DNA of 35,670 nt, taken from IMG/VR virus record IMGVR_UViG_3300012348_000128, positions 1 to 35,670 of that record; one strand, 5' to 3'. Below, one piece after another: positions 8,443 through 16,622 of the stretch; position 1 is the first letter of the stretch; every line of letters starts with the position of its first letter. Source of the stretch: a virus. The notes beneath the pieces are model-generated. The model saw nothing but the letters and a program-made list of their open reading frames with translations, did no database searches and was not told where the DNA came from. The position numbers and the translations under genes are program-made.

Positions 8443-8631
8443 ATGAAAACCTTGATTCTTGTCGATTACGACTCAAACACTGCTGAAACGGTGTGCAGGT
8501 TCTCCGACGAATTTTCGGAACTGCCAAAGGCTGTGCAACTGGACGTTGCCAAAGAGGTGCGCCAGCGTCTTGACGATTTGGCCAGCTCTTTGGAAGCGAT
8601 CATTGCCCGTTCCTCCGCAGGTACTCCATAA
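8443..8631 (+). CDS. Opposite-strand acidic 62-aa ORF inside an AT-richer gap of the structural operon
   Basis: Internal ATG of ORF 8269..8631 (MKTLILVDYDSNTAE...). It fills a 177-bp gap with no minus-strand ORF. No clear SD or promoter was found, and it overlaps the 3' end of 8600..9913 by 32 nt. Confidence 0.35.
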   Translation: MKTLILVDYDSNTAETVCRFSDEFSELPKAVQLDVAKEVRQRLDDLASSLEAIIARSSAGTP

Positions 8632-9913
8632 CGCCATCCAGCCACTGCTGATCGAACACCTCGTAGTCTGAGTTGTTGACCTGCATTGAGCGATGGATCT
8701 GTGCTGGGTTGCGCCCCATGGCGCGTTGGCGTTCGTAAATCTTGGGGAACATCACGTCGGCCGGGATTGATTGCGCAAGACCTCCCATGTATTCGCCCGG
8801 GATAGCGGTGTCATACGACCCGTGAGGCATCTTGACGCTACCCTTCTCAATCAGCCCAGCGCCCGGCTTGGCTTTGAAAACAGTAAATCCAGAGGCGCCA
8901 ATCGGAGCAGACCTAAGTTCAGGCTGTGTCACGGCATCAATGATGTCGTCATAGACGGGGAACCCTTGGTTTTGATACTCGGCTTTCATCAAACGCTCAG
9001 CAATCGCCTTGCGTATTTGGCCGGCGCCCTCCATAGAAAACCCGTCTTTTCCTAGCGCTTGAGCCAGCGCGTCGGGGGACTGCAGCCCCACAAAATCTGG
9101 CGCATATCGCTTGATCTCTTTGTCTGCAGCGGCCATTGCAGTTTTGTTTGGACGGAGCAATCGCAGTTGCTTGATCATTGACTCAGCAACTGGCGTGGAA
9201 AAATTCACCCCCTCCAAACCCATTGCGCTGTAAACGCCAACAGGCTCAAGTCCAGTCTTCTCAGCTGCAACGTCAAATTGCTTTTGTTTGCCAGCTGCCG
9301 CCCCTCTCATGCTGGCCCAGCCTTGACCAGTTTTGTTTTGGTTGTGCAGCAATGTGTAAAGAGGGCCGCCCTCTGCCAAAACGCCATCCTCCAGAGGAAT
9401 TCCTCGTAATTGACGAATTAGAGCGGAGGTGCGAGCTCGATCACCTTGCACCTGCACGCCGACTTTGCCGAACATGTCTTCAGGCGTAATGATTGTTCTC
9501 GGGCCCATCGCCACAACATCATCAACGATCGTCTCGCCGCCCTCGCGCATGGCTTCGCGGTGCTGCACACCCTTGTTGCGAGCCACTTTCTCCATGCGCG
9601 TCATCCAAGCCTTCTCGGCCGCGGTCATGCCCTCTTTGGCCTTCTCGCCAGACTTGAGGGCTTTGGTGACGCCACGCGTCATGCCGCCCACCACTGGGAT
9701 CATTCCCACAGCAGACAGGCCCATGCCCAGCTTGTCGCCCTCGCGGCGGGCGCGCTCGAAATCTCGAGCACTTAGCGCTGTGCCAACACCAGGCACAAAC
9801 CCGGCGCCGATGTCGATGGCCGTGTCGCCAAGGTCGGCGTCTTCGGGTGCATCAAGCGTTACAACTTTTCGTGCTCGATCACGCAGCGCGTTGATGAAGG
9901 ACTGGTAATCCAT
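8600..9913 (-). CDS. Hypothetical virion-module protein, 437 aa, with two N-terminal pre-toxin-TG-like motifs
   Basis: GGAG RBS and ATG at 9913. It contains GFVPGVGTALSARDF and GMIPVVGGMTRG, which resemble the PT-TG motif. The rest is unassigned. Confidence 0.7.
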   Translation of the reverse strand: MDYQSFINALRDRARKVVTLDAPEDADLGDTAIDIGAGFVPGVGTALSARDFERARREGDKLGMGLSAVGMIPVVGGMTRGVTKALKSGEKAKEGMTAAEKAWMTRMEKVARNKGVQHREAMREGGETIVDDVVAMGPRTIITPEDMFGKVGVQVQGDRARTSALIRQLRGIPLEDGVLAEGGPLYTLLHNQNKTGQGWASMRGAAAGKQKQFDVAAEKTGLEPVGVYSAMGLEGVNFSTPVAESMIKQLRLLRPNKTAMAAADKEIKRYAPDFVGLQSPDALAQALGKDGFSMEGAGQIRKAIAERLMKAEYQNQGFPVYDDIIDAVTQPELRSAPIGASGFTVFKAKPGAGLIEKGSVKMPHGSYDTAIPGEYMGGLAQSIPADVMFPKIYERQRAMGRNPAQIHRSMQVNNSDYEVFDQQWLDGVMEYLRRNGQ

Positions 9914-9916
9914 TTC

Positions 9917-10279
9917 TTACTCCAAGGTCAGCAGGTAGGCGGTGCTCTGGTACAGGCGCAGGATCTCGTCGATCGTGTTCTGCAAAGCAGACTCGTCGCG
10001 CTCACAGATCTGGTAGCGGTACATCTCGATCCATTCGGCCTGGTACTCCAGCACCTCGCGGATGTCAGCACGCTGATCGTCTTCGCTGCGCTTGATGTCC
10101 ATGCGCTTGCCGTACGCGCCCTGGTGCTGCTCGACAAACCCGTCGATCAAATCCAGCAGGCCGTCGTAAAACTTGCCCAGCGCTTTGTGCTCGGCGTAGC
10201 TCTTGGTCTTCCAGTGCGCAATCTGCGCAAGGTCGCGGCCCAGCAGGGCAATGCTCACAAACTGTTCTGCCTTAGTCAT
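9917..10279 (-). CDS. Dps/ferritin-like four-helix-bundle protein, 120 aa
   Basis: Trimmed to the ATG after a GAGG RBS. DLAQIAHWKTKSYAEHKALGKFYDGLLDLIDGFVE matches the Dps-like HW...H...L...Y....D...E pattern. Confidence 0.55.
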   Translation of the reverse strand: MTKAEQFVSIALLGRDLAQIAHWKTKSYAEHKALGKFYDGLLDLIDGFVEQHQGAYGKRMDIKRSEDDQRADIREVLEYQAEWIEMYRYQICERDESALQNTIDEILRLYQSTAYLLTLE

Positions 10280-10286
10280 ATAAACC

Positions 10287-10583
10287 TCAACCAAAAATTC
10301 CAACAGCAATAACTTGCGATGCAGAGCCGGTGCTGACAGAAAAACCTGTCGACGTCGATGAGATATTTAGCTCGACGCTGTACACACCTTTGCCCGCGTT
10401 TGCTGGCACGATTGTGTGGCTGTGATCGTCATGCGAGAGAACAACATTGCCGTGCGTGTTGTCGGTTACCGTCACCACCAGCCGGTGCATGTAACTGCCT
10501 CCAGCGCTGCCGGGGATCGGCTCGTTGGTCGCGTTTTCGCCGATCAGGTAATGCTCAAACTGGTACGGGTTGATGATTGCCAT
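10287..10583 (-). CDS. Hypothetical small beta-rich protein, 98 aa
   Basis: ATG start with an upstream AAGG, and tight spacing within the operon. Confidence 0.6.
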   Translation of the reverse strand: MAIINPYQFEHYLIGENATNEPIPGSAGGSYMHRLVVTVTDNTHGNVVLSHDDHSHTIVPANAGKGVYSVELNISSTSTGFSVSTGSASQVIAVGIFG

Positions 10584-10591
10584 TTGGAACC

Positions 10592-11455
10592 TTAGTCAAG
10601 TAACAGCAGGAGCTCATCGTCCCGCCTGCGTTTAATTATCCGAGCGAGCTCTACTCGAGCACGCTCTGCTTCTTGGCGCTTCTGCACCATCCGCGCCTCA
10701 ACACGCGCAGATTCCAAAACCTCGGCCACCAGGCGCGCCACCTCTGCGGCATCAAACGCGGGCGGCACATTGATGCCGATGCGTGAGCCGTCCAGCGACA
10801 GCACCTGCACAGACTTCGTGCCCTGGGACACGACCACAGGCGCAGCCTTCTCGACCACAGGGTCGACCGCTTGCTTGATCTGCTGGCGCAGGCCCTCGCG
10901 CTCTGCCTTCTCGCGCTCAAACGCCGCGTCGCGTTTCTTCTGCGCCTTCTTGCGTTGCTTCTCGTCGCCGGGCCCAATGTCTGCAATGACTGGATTGACC
11001 GGCTGCGGGGGTTGAACTTCGCCTGTTGCGGCAAAGGTGTCGACCTCTGTCTCGGTCGCCGCCATGAAGTTGCCGGTGGTGACATCACCCTCGGCGCTGA
11101 AGACATCAACACCCGTCTCTGTGGCCGCCATGGTGCCGGCCAGGTTGACGTCACCCTCAGCGGCGAACGTGTCGACCTGGCTCTCGGTGGCGGCCATGTT
11201 GCCGCCCACCTGCACAGTGCCCTCGGCCGCAAAGACATCAACCTCAGACTCGACCGCGGCCATCTGGCCCACGATCTCGACAGTGCCCGCAGCGGCAAAG
11301 GTGTCGGTGGCCGATTCAGTCGCAGCCATGACGCCGCTCAGGACTACATCGCCCTCGCCTGAAAAGACGTCAACGCCAGTTTCGGTGGCGGCCATCTGGC
11401 CGACCTGCTCCGACCACTTGGCGGTGTCCCAAACACCAGTGCCCCACAGAGCCAT
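10592..11455 (-). CDS. Tandem-repeat protein (6 x 22 aa) with a basic coiled-coil C-terminus, 287 aa
   Basis: The repeats MAATE(T/S)xVD(V/T)F(S/A)AEG(D/T)Vxxxxxx are followed by a KKRDAAFEREKAEREGLRQQ helical region. The start is an ATG. Confidence 0.75.
   Translation of the reverse strand: MALWGTGVWDTAKWSEQVGQMAATETGVDVFSGEGDVVLSGVMAATESATDTFAAAGTVEIVGQMAAVESEVDVFAAEGTVQVGGNMAATESQVDTFAAEGDVNLAGTMAATETGVDVFSAEGDVTTGNFMAATETEVDTFAATGEVQPPQPVNPVIADIGPGDEKQRKKAQKKRDAAFEREKAEREGLRQQIKQAVDPVVEKAAPVVVSQGTKSVQVLSLDGSRIGINVPPAFDAAEVARLVAEVLESARVEARMVQKRQEAERARVELARIIKRRRDDELLLLLD
11000..11395 (-). repeat. Six in-frame 66-bp tandem repeats
   Basis: The GC(C/G/A)GCCAT Met-codon landmark recurs on the plus strand every 66 bp (11065, 11131, 11197, 11263, 11329, 11395). 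Confidence 0.85.
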
Positions 11456-11464
11456 GATTGAACC

Positions 11465-11851
11465 TTAGTTGGCGGTGATGGTCGCGCTGTTGAGCGTGAT
11501 GACCTCGCCCACGTTAAAGCTCACAGACTCAAAAATGATGTCCGCGCCAGAGCCTGTTGTGCCCACCGTCAAGCCGGTGATGACGTCGTTGCCGTCGCTG
11601 TCGCGGATGCGAGCAGCGGCCGCGGTGCCGTTGGCGTCTGCGCTGGAGTCTGAGCGTGGGAAGCCTGAGAAAGTCAGAACGCCGCCGCTTGCTGAGCTGG
11701 CGCAAGGATCAGCCAACACGATAGTGGCCAGCACGGTGCCCATGGACGTCGTGCCAATTTGCAAAACGCCAGGGCCAGAGCCCGCGTCGATCGTTGCGGC
11801 CACGGCGTTCAGCCGGGCGTTCTTTGCTGCTGTCGAATAAATCACTGCCAT
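11465..11851 (-). CDS. Hypothetical virion structural protein, 128 aa
   Basis: AGGAGA RBS. Gly/Thr/Ser/Ala-rich, beta-type composition. It lies directly downstream of the portal gene. Confidence 0.65.
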   Translation of the reverse strand: MAVIYSTAAKNARLNAVAATIDAGSGPGVLQIGTTSMGTVLATIVLADPCASSASGGVLTFSGFPRSDSSADANGTAAAARIRDSDGNDVITGLTVGTTGSGADIIFESVSFNVGEVITLNSATITAN

Positions 11852-11863
11852 GCTGTTCTCCTG

Positions 11864-14104
11864 TTACATCGGCATTTGGGGTTGTTGTGCAATCTGCGGC
11901 TGCACAGCGGGCGGCAGCGGGGCACCGCCAGCCAGCGCGGCCTCAGTGCTGGGCAGCATGTCGGGCTGCTCGTCCACCTCGCGCACCTCGAGGATGTCGC
12001 CTGTGCGTGGGTCGCGCACAGGCACACGGCGCTTCTTGCGGCCGACAGCGTCCATGAGTTGAGCCAGCTGCTGCTGGGTCTGCACCTGAGTGCTCACGGC
12101 GTTGTTCGCCATGGAGTGGATGTTGTCCAGCAAGTCGCCCAGCTTGTTGCCGGCCTCTGGATTGAGCTGCAGCATCTCGCGGATGTTCTCGAACTGCTGC
12201 GTCATCTGATCCATCTTGGCTTGCATCTCCACCTTCTGCATTTCGATCGCGCCCTTGAGAGCGGCCACCTCTTTGTCGGTCTGCGACTCGAGCATGGCGA
12301 TCTGCTTGTTGGCTTCGATCTTCTGCATCTCGATCTGCTGGTCGATGCTCGGCTGAGGTGGTGCGGGTGGCTGCAACATCTGCTGCTGCATTGATGCAAT
12401 CGCCTGGTCGAGCACGCTCTCAATCTCGGTGCTCACGCGGAACTTCGCCACGCCCCACTGCAACAGCTTCATCAGCACAGGCGCTGCGCCCGGTGTCTGC
12501 TGGGCCATCGGTGCAACCTGGGAGATGAACGCGCCCATGCCCTGCATGAACTGCACAGCGGCATCACGCTCGGCCGCCCAGTCCAGCGCGGCCATGCTGT
12601 CGGCCTCAATCGAGATCCGATACTCGGCAATTTCTTCGTTCTTGAGCAGCTCGATCGCGGCCGGCACGTACTGCGCATCGGGCGTGCGCTCGATGTTGCT
12701 GCGCTTGACGATCGTCTCGGGCTGGAAGTGCTTGCAGATGATCTCAGCCTTGATGCGCAGCATCGAGGTGATCCACTCTGCAATGAAGAACTGCTTGAGC
12801 TGCACGCGCGTGGAACCGTACTGCGCTTTGAGCTGCTGCGCGGCAGCCGTCTCACTGGCCCGGCTCGATCCGCGCATGATGTCCGAGATGCCAAGCACCT
12901 CGTAGATCTGCACGACCTTGTCTTGGCGGTACTCGCGCAGGCGAGCAATGCAGTTGGCGACCTGGTCGATCGGCGCAAAGTCGATCTTGCCCTTGACGCC
13001 ACCGCCCTCGGCAAACATGGCCCAGTTGTCCACAGGGATCAGCTGGTTCTCAGCGGCCTGCGAGAACATGCGGCCAACAGAGTCGCCGGCCGTCTTGTCG
13101 TACACGCCAGCCACCTTCATGGCGCGGGTCAGCCAGGTGATGCGGGTGTTGATCTCGTCCAGCTCGTTGAACTGATCCTGCGCAAAGATGTAATCGGCGC
13201 GCGGCATGAAGTTGCTGGTCGTGACGTTGGCCGCCATTGGCTTGGGACATGGGAAAAAGTTTTCCAAGCCCAGCGGGTCGTCCTTGACGTCCAAAATTGT
13301 CGGCGTGCCCTTGGCAAACCAATAGACCTTGCGCGTCTCCTTGCACCAGATCTCATACACCTCGGCCTTGTTCCAGGGGTCGTACTGTGGGTTGGAGTCG
13401 CGTGTGTCGCCATCACGCTTTTGGCCAAACAGCGGAACGGTGCTGGCGATCTCTTTGCCAAAGCGCTCGATCAGCTTGTCCTTGGTCATGTAGACGCGGC
13501 GCGCCACCCAGCGCACTTCTTCCCATGTGCGCGCAGGCGAATAGAAGAAGTCACCCCAGAACACGTAATCGCAGGGCGCGTCTTCTTCGACAATGCGCTC
13601 GCCCTCGGCGGCCGGGCTCAGTTCGTTGCCGAACTCGTCAAACACGGCTTCGACGGTGTAGGGCTCGGTCTTGACCTCGTAGCGCATCCAGCCCTGACCC
13701 ATACCAACAGTGAGCCAGTCCTCGATGCCATTGCGCACGCTCGAGTCCCAGTTGCTGACGTTGTCGTCGAACGAGCGATTGAGCAAACGCTGCAAGATCG
13801 TGCCGGCCACACGCGCCTGGTCGTCGTCGCTGTCTTGCCAGCTGCGCGCCACGTCTGCACGCGGGGGGCGGGCATACAGCATCGACAGCAGAACCTGCAC
13901 CGTCGACCAAAACAGGTTCACCCTGCTCTGGTCGCGGCCAAAGTCCTCGCGCTTGTCGAGGTAGCGGTGCACGATGCGCTTGGCATCGGTGTGGAACTTG
14001 GAGAGCTCCTTCTGCGCCGCAACGATTTCCATGTCCCAACGCTGGGCCATGCCCATCGGCGTGTTCTTGAACTCGTCGGCTGTGGTGATCTTGCCTTCTT
14101 CCAT
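11864..14104 (-). CDS. Portal protein, 746 aa
   Basis: Large ORF directly after TerL. Trimmed to the ATG (MEEGKITT) that overlaps the TerL stop as TAATG. It has a Gln-rich helical C-terminus and typical podovirus portal size and position. Confidence 0.85.
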   Translation of the reverse strand: MEEGKITTADEFKNTPMGMAQRWDMEIVAAQKELSKFHTDAKRIVHRYLDKREDFGRDQSRVNLFWSTVQVLLSMLYARPPRADVARSWQDSDDDQARVAGTILQRLLNRSFDDNVSNWDSSVRNGIEDWLTVGMGQGWMRYEVKTEPYTVEAVFDEFGNELSPAAEGERIVEEDAPCDYVFWGDFFYSPARTWEEVRWVARRVYMTKDKLIERFGKEIASTVPLFGQKRDGDTRDSNPQYDPWNKAEVYEIWCKETRKVYWFAKGTPTILDVKDDPLGLENFFPCPKPMAANVTTSNFMPRADYIFAQDQFNELDEINTRITWLTRAMKVAGVYDKTAGDSVGRMFSQAAENQLIPVDNWAMFAEGGGVKGKIDFAPIDQVANCIARLREYRQDKVVQIYEVLGISDIMRGSSRASETAAAQQLKAQYGSTRVQLKQFFIAEWITSMLRIKAEIICKHFQPETIVKRSNIERTPDAQYVPAAIELLKNEEIAEYRISIEADSMAALDWAAERDAAVQFMQGMGAFISQVAPMAQQTPGAAPVLMKLLQWGVAKFRVSTEIESVLDQAIASMQQQMLQPPAPPQPSIDQQIEMQKIEANKQIAMLESQTDKEVAALKGAIEMQKVEMQAKMDQMTQQFENIREMLQLNPEAGNKLGDLLDNIHSMANNAVSTQVQTQQQLAQLMDAVGRKKRRVPVRDPRTGDILEVREVDEQPDMLPSTEAALAGGAPLPPAVQPQIAQQPQMPM

Positions 14105-15441
14105 TACCCAATCCTTCCTGACTGCTGGGGAGCGGTGTCCCAAATGTCATCCAGGGCGAACTGGTAATTCATGCCCTTGGCGTGCTTTGATGCGATTTTA
14201 TGACCACCGCCAGATTTCCTCACCGCTTTACGCGCCGCGAGTGCCAAATACCGAAAACTGTCCGAGGCGTGGCTGTGCTGGTCGTGCTTGGGCTTGTTGC
14301 GGTAGGTCTGCGTGCGCTCATCGAACTCACGCATGTACGCACGCAGGTGATCCACCCCGTCGTAAGTCACATCCTCATCAAACCAGCAGTCGGGCAGGAT
14401 CATCCTGGCCGCCTCAATGCCGTCTTGGAGGCTCATTTCTGGAACAAGCCTGGGCGTGATGCCGTTTGCCAAGAACTGCTCGATGATCGACTTGCCCGTC
14501 TGCAGCGATTTGGCGCGGGCGTCGTGGGGCAGGTACACCTGGCCCACCTTGTATGGCCGGGACTTCACCCAGTCAATGTAATGCTTGATCGGCTGGTTGT
14601 CGTCCTCCATGAAGTCGACAATTCGGTACCCGTCAGGCACCTCCTGCCAGCCCCACCAGCTGCAACTATCGGTGTATCCCAAGTCGGCCACCAAATTGAC
14701 CTTGAACTCAGGGTCGACCGGGAACTTGGCAATGCGCCCCTGCTCGTACGCCTCGCCAATCTGCTTGGCGAAATACGCGCCCGGCAAGGCCGCGTCAAAG
14801 GAACACTCGTATTCGACCGCGTACGTCTCGGGCGTCATCTGAGCCTTCGCGTCGCGCAATTCGTCGGGGTGGATGATCCCGGTCTTGGACGCGGGCAGCT
14901 CCAGCAGCATGTGCGTGCTCGGGTTCATCCGAGCTTCTTCCCGTAAATTCCAAAACAGGTTCTTGCCCTTGGGCGTGCCGGCAAAGATGGCCCAGCCGCG
15001 GCGGTCGGACAGGGCCGGTCGCAGTGCGCTGTACCAGGCGCTCGGGCGAATGTCGCCCACCTCGTCTAGCACCACCCCGTCGAAATACATGCCCCGCAGG
15101 GCGTCGTAGTTATCGGCGCCGGCCACGTAGATGGTCGACTCGCCGCCATGGCCGTTGTTGATCGTGATCTTCAGCTCGGACTCGTTTGGCGGCTTGCTCC
15201 ACATCGGGCGCGTCAGGTCTTTGAGGTAACCCCACGCCACCCGCTTGGCCTGGTCGCGCTGCGGGGCCATGTACGCGAACTGGGGCTTGGGCAGCGCCGT
15301 CTCGAGCGCGCCGATCACCAGGTCAGAGCACATCGCCACCGTCTTGCCCGCCCGGCGGTGAGCCACCACCACCGTCCAACGGCGGTCGCGGGTGTGCAAG
15401 GGCTTGAAGACGTCGCGGGGGACGTATTCCTGGAGGTTCAT
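14104..15441 (-). CDS. terL: Terminase large subunit
   Basis: Walker A AHRRAGKT and Walker B FDGVVLDE. The C-terminal nuclease half contains LVADLGYTDS and YLPHDA. Confidence 0.9.
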   Translation of the reverse strand: MNLQEYVPRDVFKPLHTRDRRWTVVVAHRRAGKTVAMCSDLVIGALETALPKPQFAYMAPQRDQAKRVAWGYLKDLTRPMWSKPPNESELKITINNGHGGESTIYVAGADNYDALRGMYFDGVVLDEVGDIRPSAWYSALRPALSDRRGWAIFAGTPKGKNLFWNLREEARMNPSTHMLLELPASKTGIIHPDELRDAKAQMTPETYAVEYECSFDAALPGAYFAKQIGEAYEQGRIAKFPVDPEFKVNLVADLGYTDSCSWWGWQEVPDGYRIVDFMEDDNQPIKHYIDWVKSRPYKVGQVYLPHDARAKSLQTGKSIIEQFLANGITPRLVPEMSLQDGIEAARMILPDCWFDEDVTYDGVDHLRAYMREFDERTQTYRNKPKHDQHSHASDSFRYLALAARKAVRKSGGGHKIASKHAKGMNYQFALDDIWDTAPQQSGRIG

Positions 15442-15653
15442 GCCTCAACCCAATGCGGCATGTCTGTTTGCATGGGATTTCCAACCCAGAAACCAGCGGT
15501 GTTTTTCGCCATGCCCTTTTCCTGCATCTCGGCAGGCGTCAAACAGCGGCGATCTTTGCCATGCTGACCCTCACGGTGCTTGTCAAATGCCCGCGAGGAA
15601 TTGAAGTATTCCGAGCAGCCTCGGCATTGGTTTCGGTCGCCTGTTAGTTTCAT
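15438..15653 (-). CDS. FDXHR-family putative zinc-binding protein, 71 aa
   Basis: CRGC...FDKHREGQH motif. Trimmed from a TTG start to the first ATG (MKLTGDR). ATGA overlap with terL. Confidence 0.65.
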   Translation of the reverse strand: MKLTGDRNQCRGCSEYFNSSRAFDKHREGQHGKDRRCLTPAEMQEKGMAKNTAGFWVGNPMQTDMPHWVEA

Positions 15654-15695
15654 TGCAAAATTCTCAACATTCAATTTTGGGTTTCAGAAAATTGT

Positions 15696-15757
15696 GGGGG
15701 GGCCCCTGCTCCAGCTGCCACCCCGCCCCCGCCTCGACGGGGGGTGGGGGGTCGGGC
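15696..15757. other. Homopolymer-rich GC spacer with an imperfect hairpin inside the packaging operon
   Basis: G7C4 at 15696-15706. CCACCCCGCCCCCG / CGGGGGGTGGGGGG arms at 15718-15751. There is no U-tract in the minus sense. Confidence 0.35.
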
Positions 15758-15842
15758 AGGTGGCACACGCACAGCAGCCCCAGCAAGGGCGCTGCGCGGC
15801 CCACCAAGGCGCGATCGCAAGGCGGTCAAGGGCTGGGTAGCC

Positions 15843-16430
15843 TCACGCACCTTGCGGGCCTCCTGCGTCGCTTGGCATGCCGGCGCCCCCTACATCCCCA
15901 CCATTGGCCTGCGCATCACCCCCGGCCGACGTGCCGTTCGGATCTTTAATCCGATACCCGCCGTCCGAATCCTGTTCTAGATCAAGGACTTGCGTGCGCT
16001 GCTCTGGCAATTGTGCCGTTGTTGTGCCAATCGACCGGCCGCCCAACCAGGAAAGCTCGAGCTTGATGCCGCCGTCTACGTTGGCCTGCACCTGCAGCGG
16101 CATGGCTTTGTTGACCATCTGCGCAAAGATCTGGCGGTCTTGGATGCCGCCCTGCGCCCGCTCGATCAGCCAGCCGGCGAGGCCCTCCGCGTGGCAGTCC
16201 TTTGCGGCCTTCTCGACGGCCTCGCGGATCGTCCTGGTGAGCTTGTTTTGGACGCCTTTTGGCCTCCCCGTCGGCAGCTGCGCCCCATTCAGCGGGCTCG
16301 CCGCCGGTTTCCGCATTCCACCCTCAATTTTTGCGGCCTCACTGTCTTTTTGTACAGCCTCATCAACCGCCGCCTGCAAGACGGCGTTTTGCAGCTGTTG
16401 CCCGATGTCTTGTTGCTGTGTTGTCATCAT
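15843..16430 (-). CDS. Putative terminase small subunit / DNA-binding protein, 195 aa
   Basis: Trimmed to ATGATG at 16430. It has the motif TGRPKGVQNKLTR and lies upstream of terL. The assignment rests on position and this motif only. Confidence 0.5.
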   Translation of the reverse strand: MMTTQQQDIGQQLQNAVLQAAVDEAVQKDSEAAKIEGGMRKPAASPLNGAQLPTGRPKGVQNKLTRTIREAVEKAAKDCHAEGLAGWLIERAQGGIQDRQIFAQMVNKAMPLQVQANVDGGIKLELSWLGGRSIGTTTAQLPEQRTQVLDLEQDSDGGYRIKDPNGTSAGGDAQANGGDVGGAGMPSDAGGPQGA

Positions 16431-16606
16431 GGCTTGATTCTCGCACCACCGAGCCCGTTGAGCGAGCACGCGCCGAGCAGGACAGCCCAGCACACGTTCC
16501 AGCCCTCGACCTCAAAACCCAGCCAAACGGCCGCGATCAAAAGCGCAGCTGACTGCGCCGCCAAATCCCCCGCCAGCATCCTGGCCCTCATTTCCCAGTC
16601 CATCAT
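16427..16606 (-). CDS. Small hydrophobic (membrane) protein, 59 aa
   Basis: Internal ATGATG preceded by AGGAGGAA. ATGA overlap with the next gene. Hydrophobic stretches AALLIAAVWLGF and CWAVLLGACSL. Confidence 0.55.
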   Translation of the reverse strand: MMDWEMRARMLAGDLAAQSAALLIAAVWLGFEVEGWNVCWAVLLGACSLNGLGGARIKP

Positions 16607-16622
16607 TTCCTCCTGTGGATAA

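Noticed and set aside
10651-11298. A 215-aa alternative-frame ORF inside the tandem-repeat gene, plus plus-strand ORFs 10871..11362 and 11037..11468.
   Set aside because: These frames stay open because of the 66-bp periodicity and the GC richness. The products are Arg/Ser/Pro/Trp-rich with no start context. The annotated frame has the coherent repeat and an operon-coupled start.
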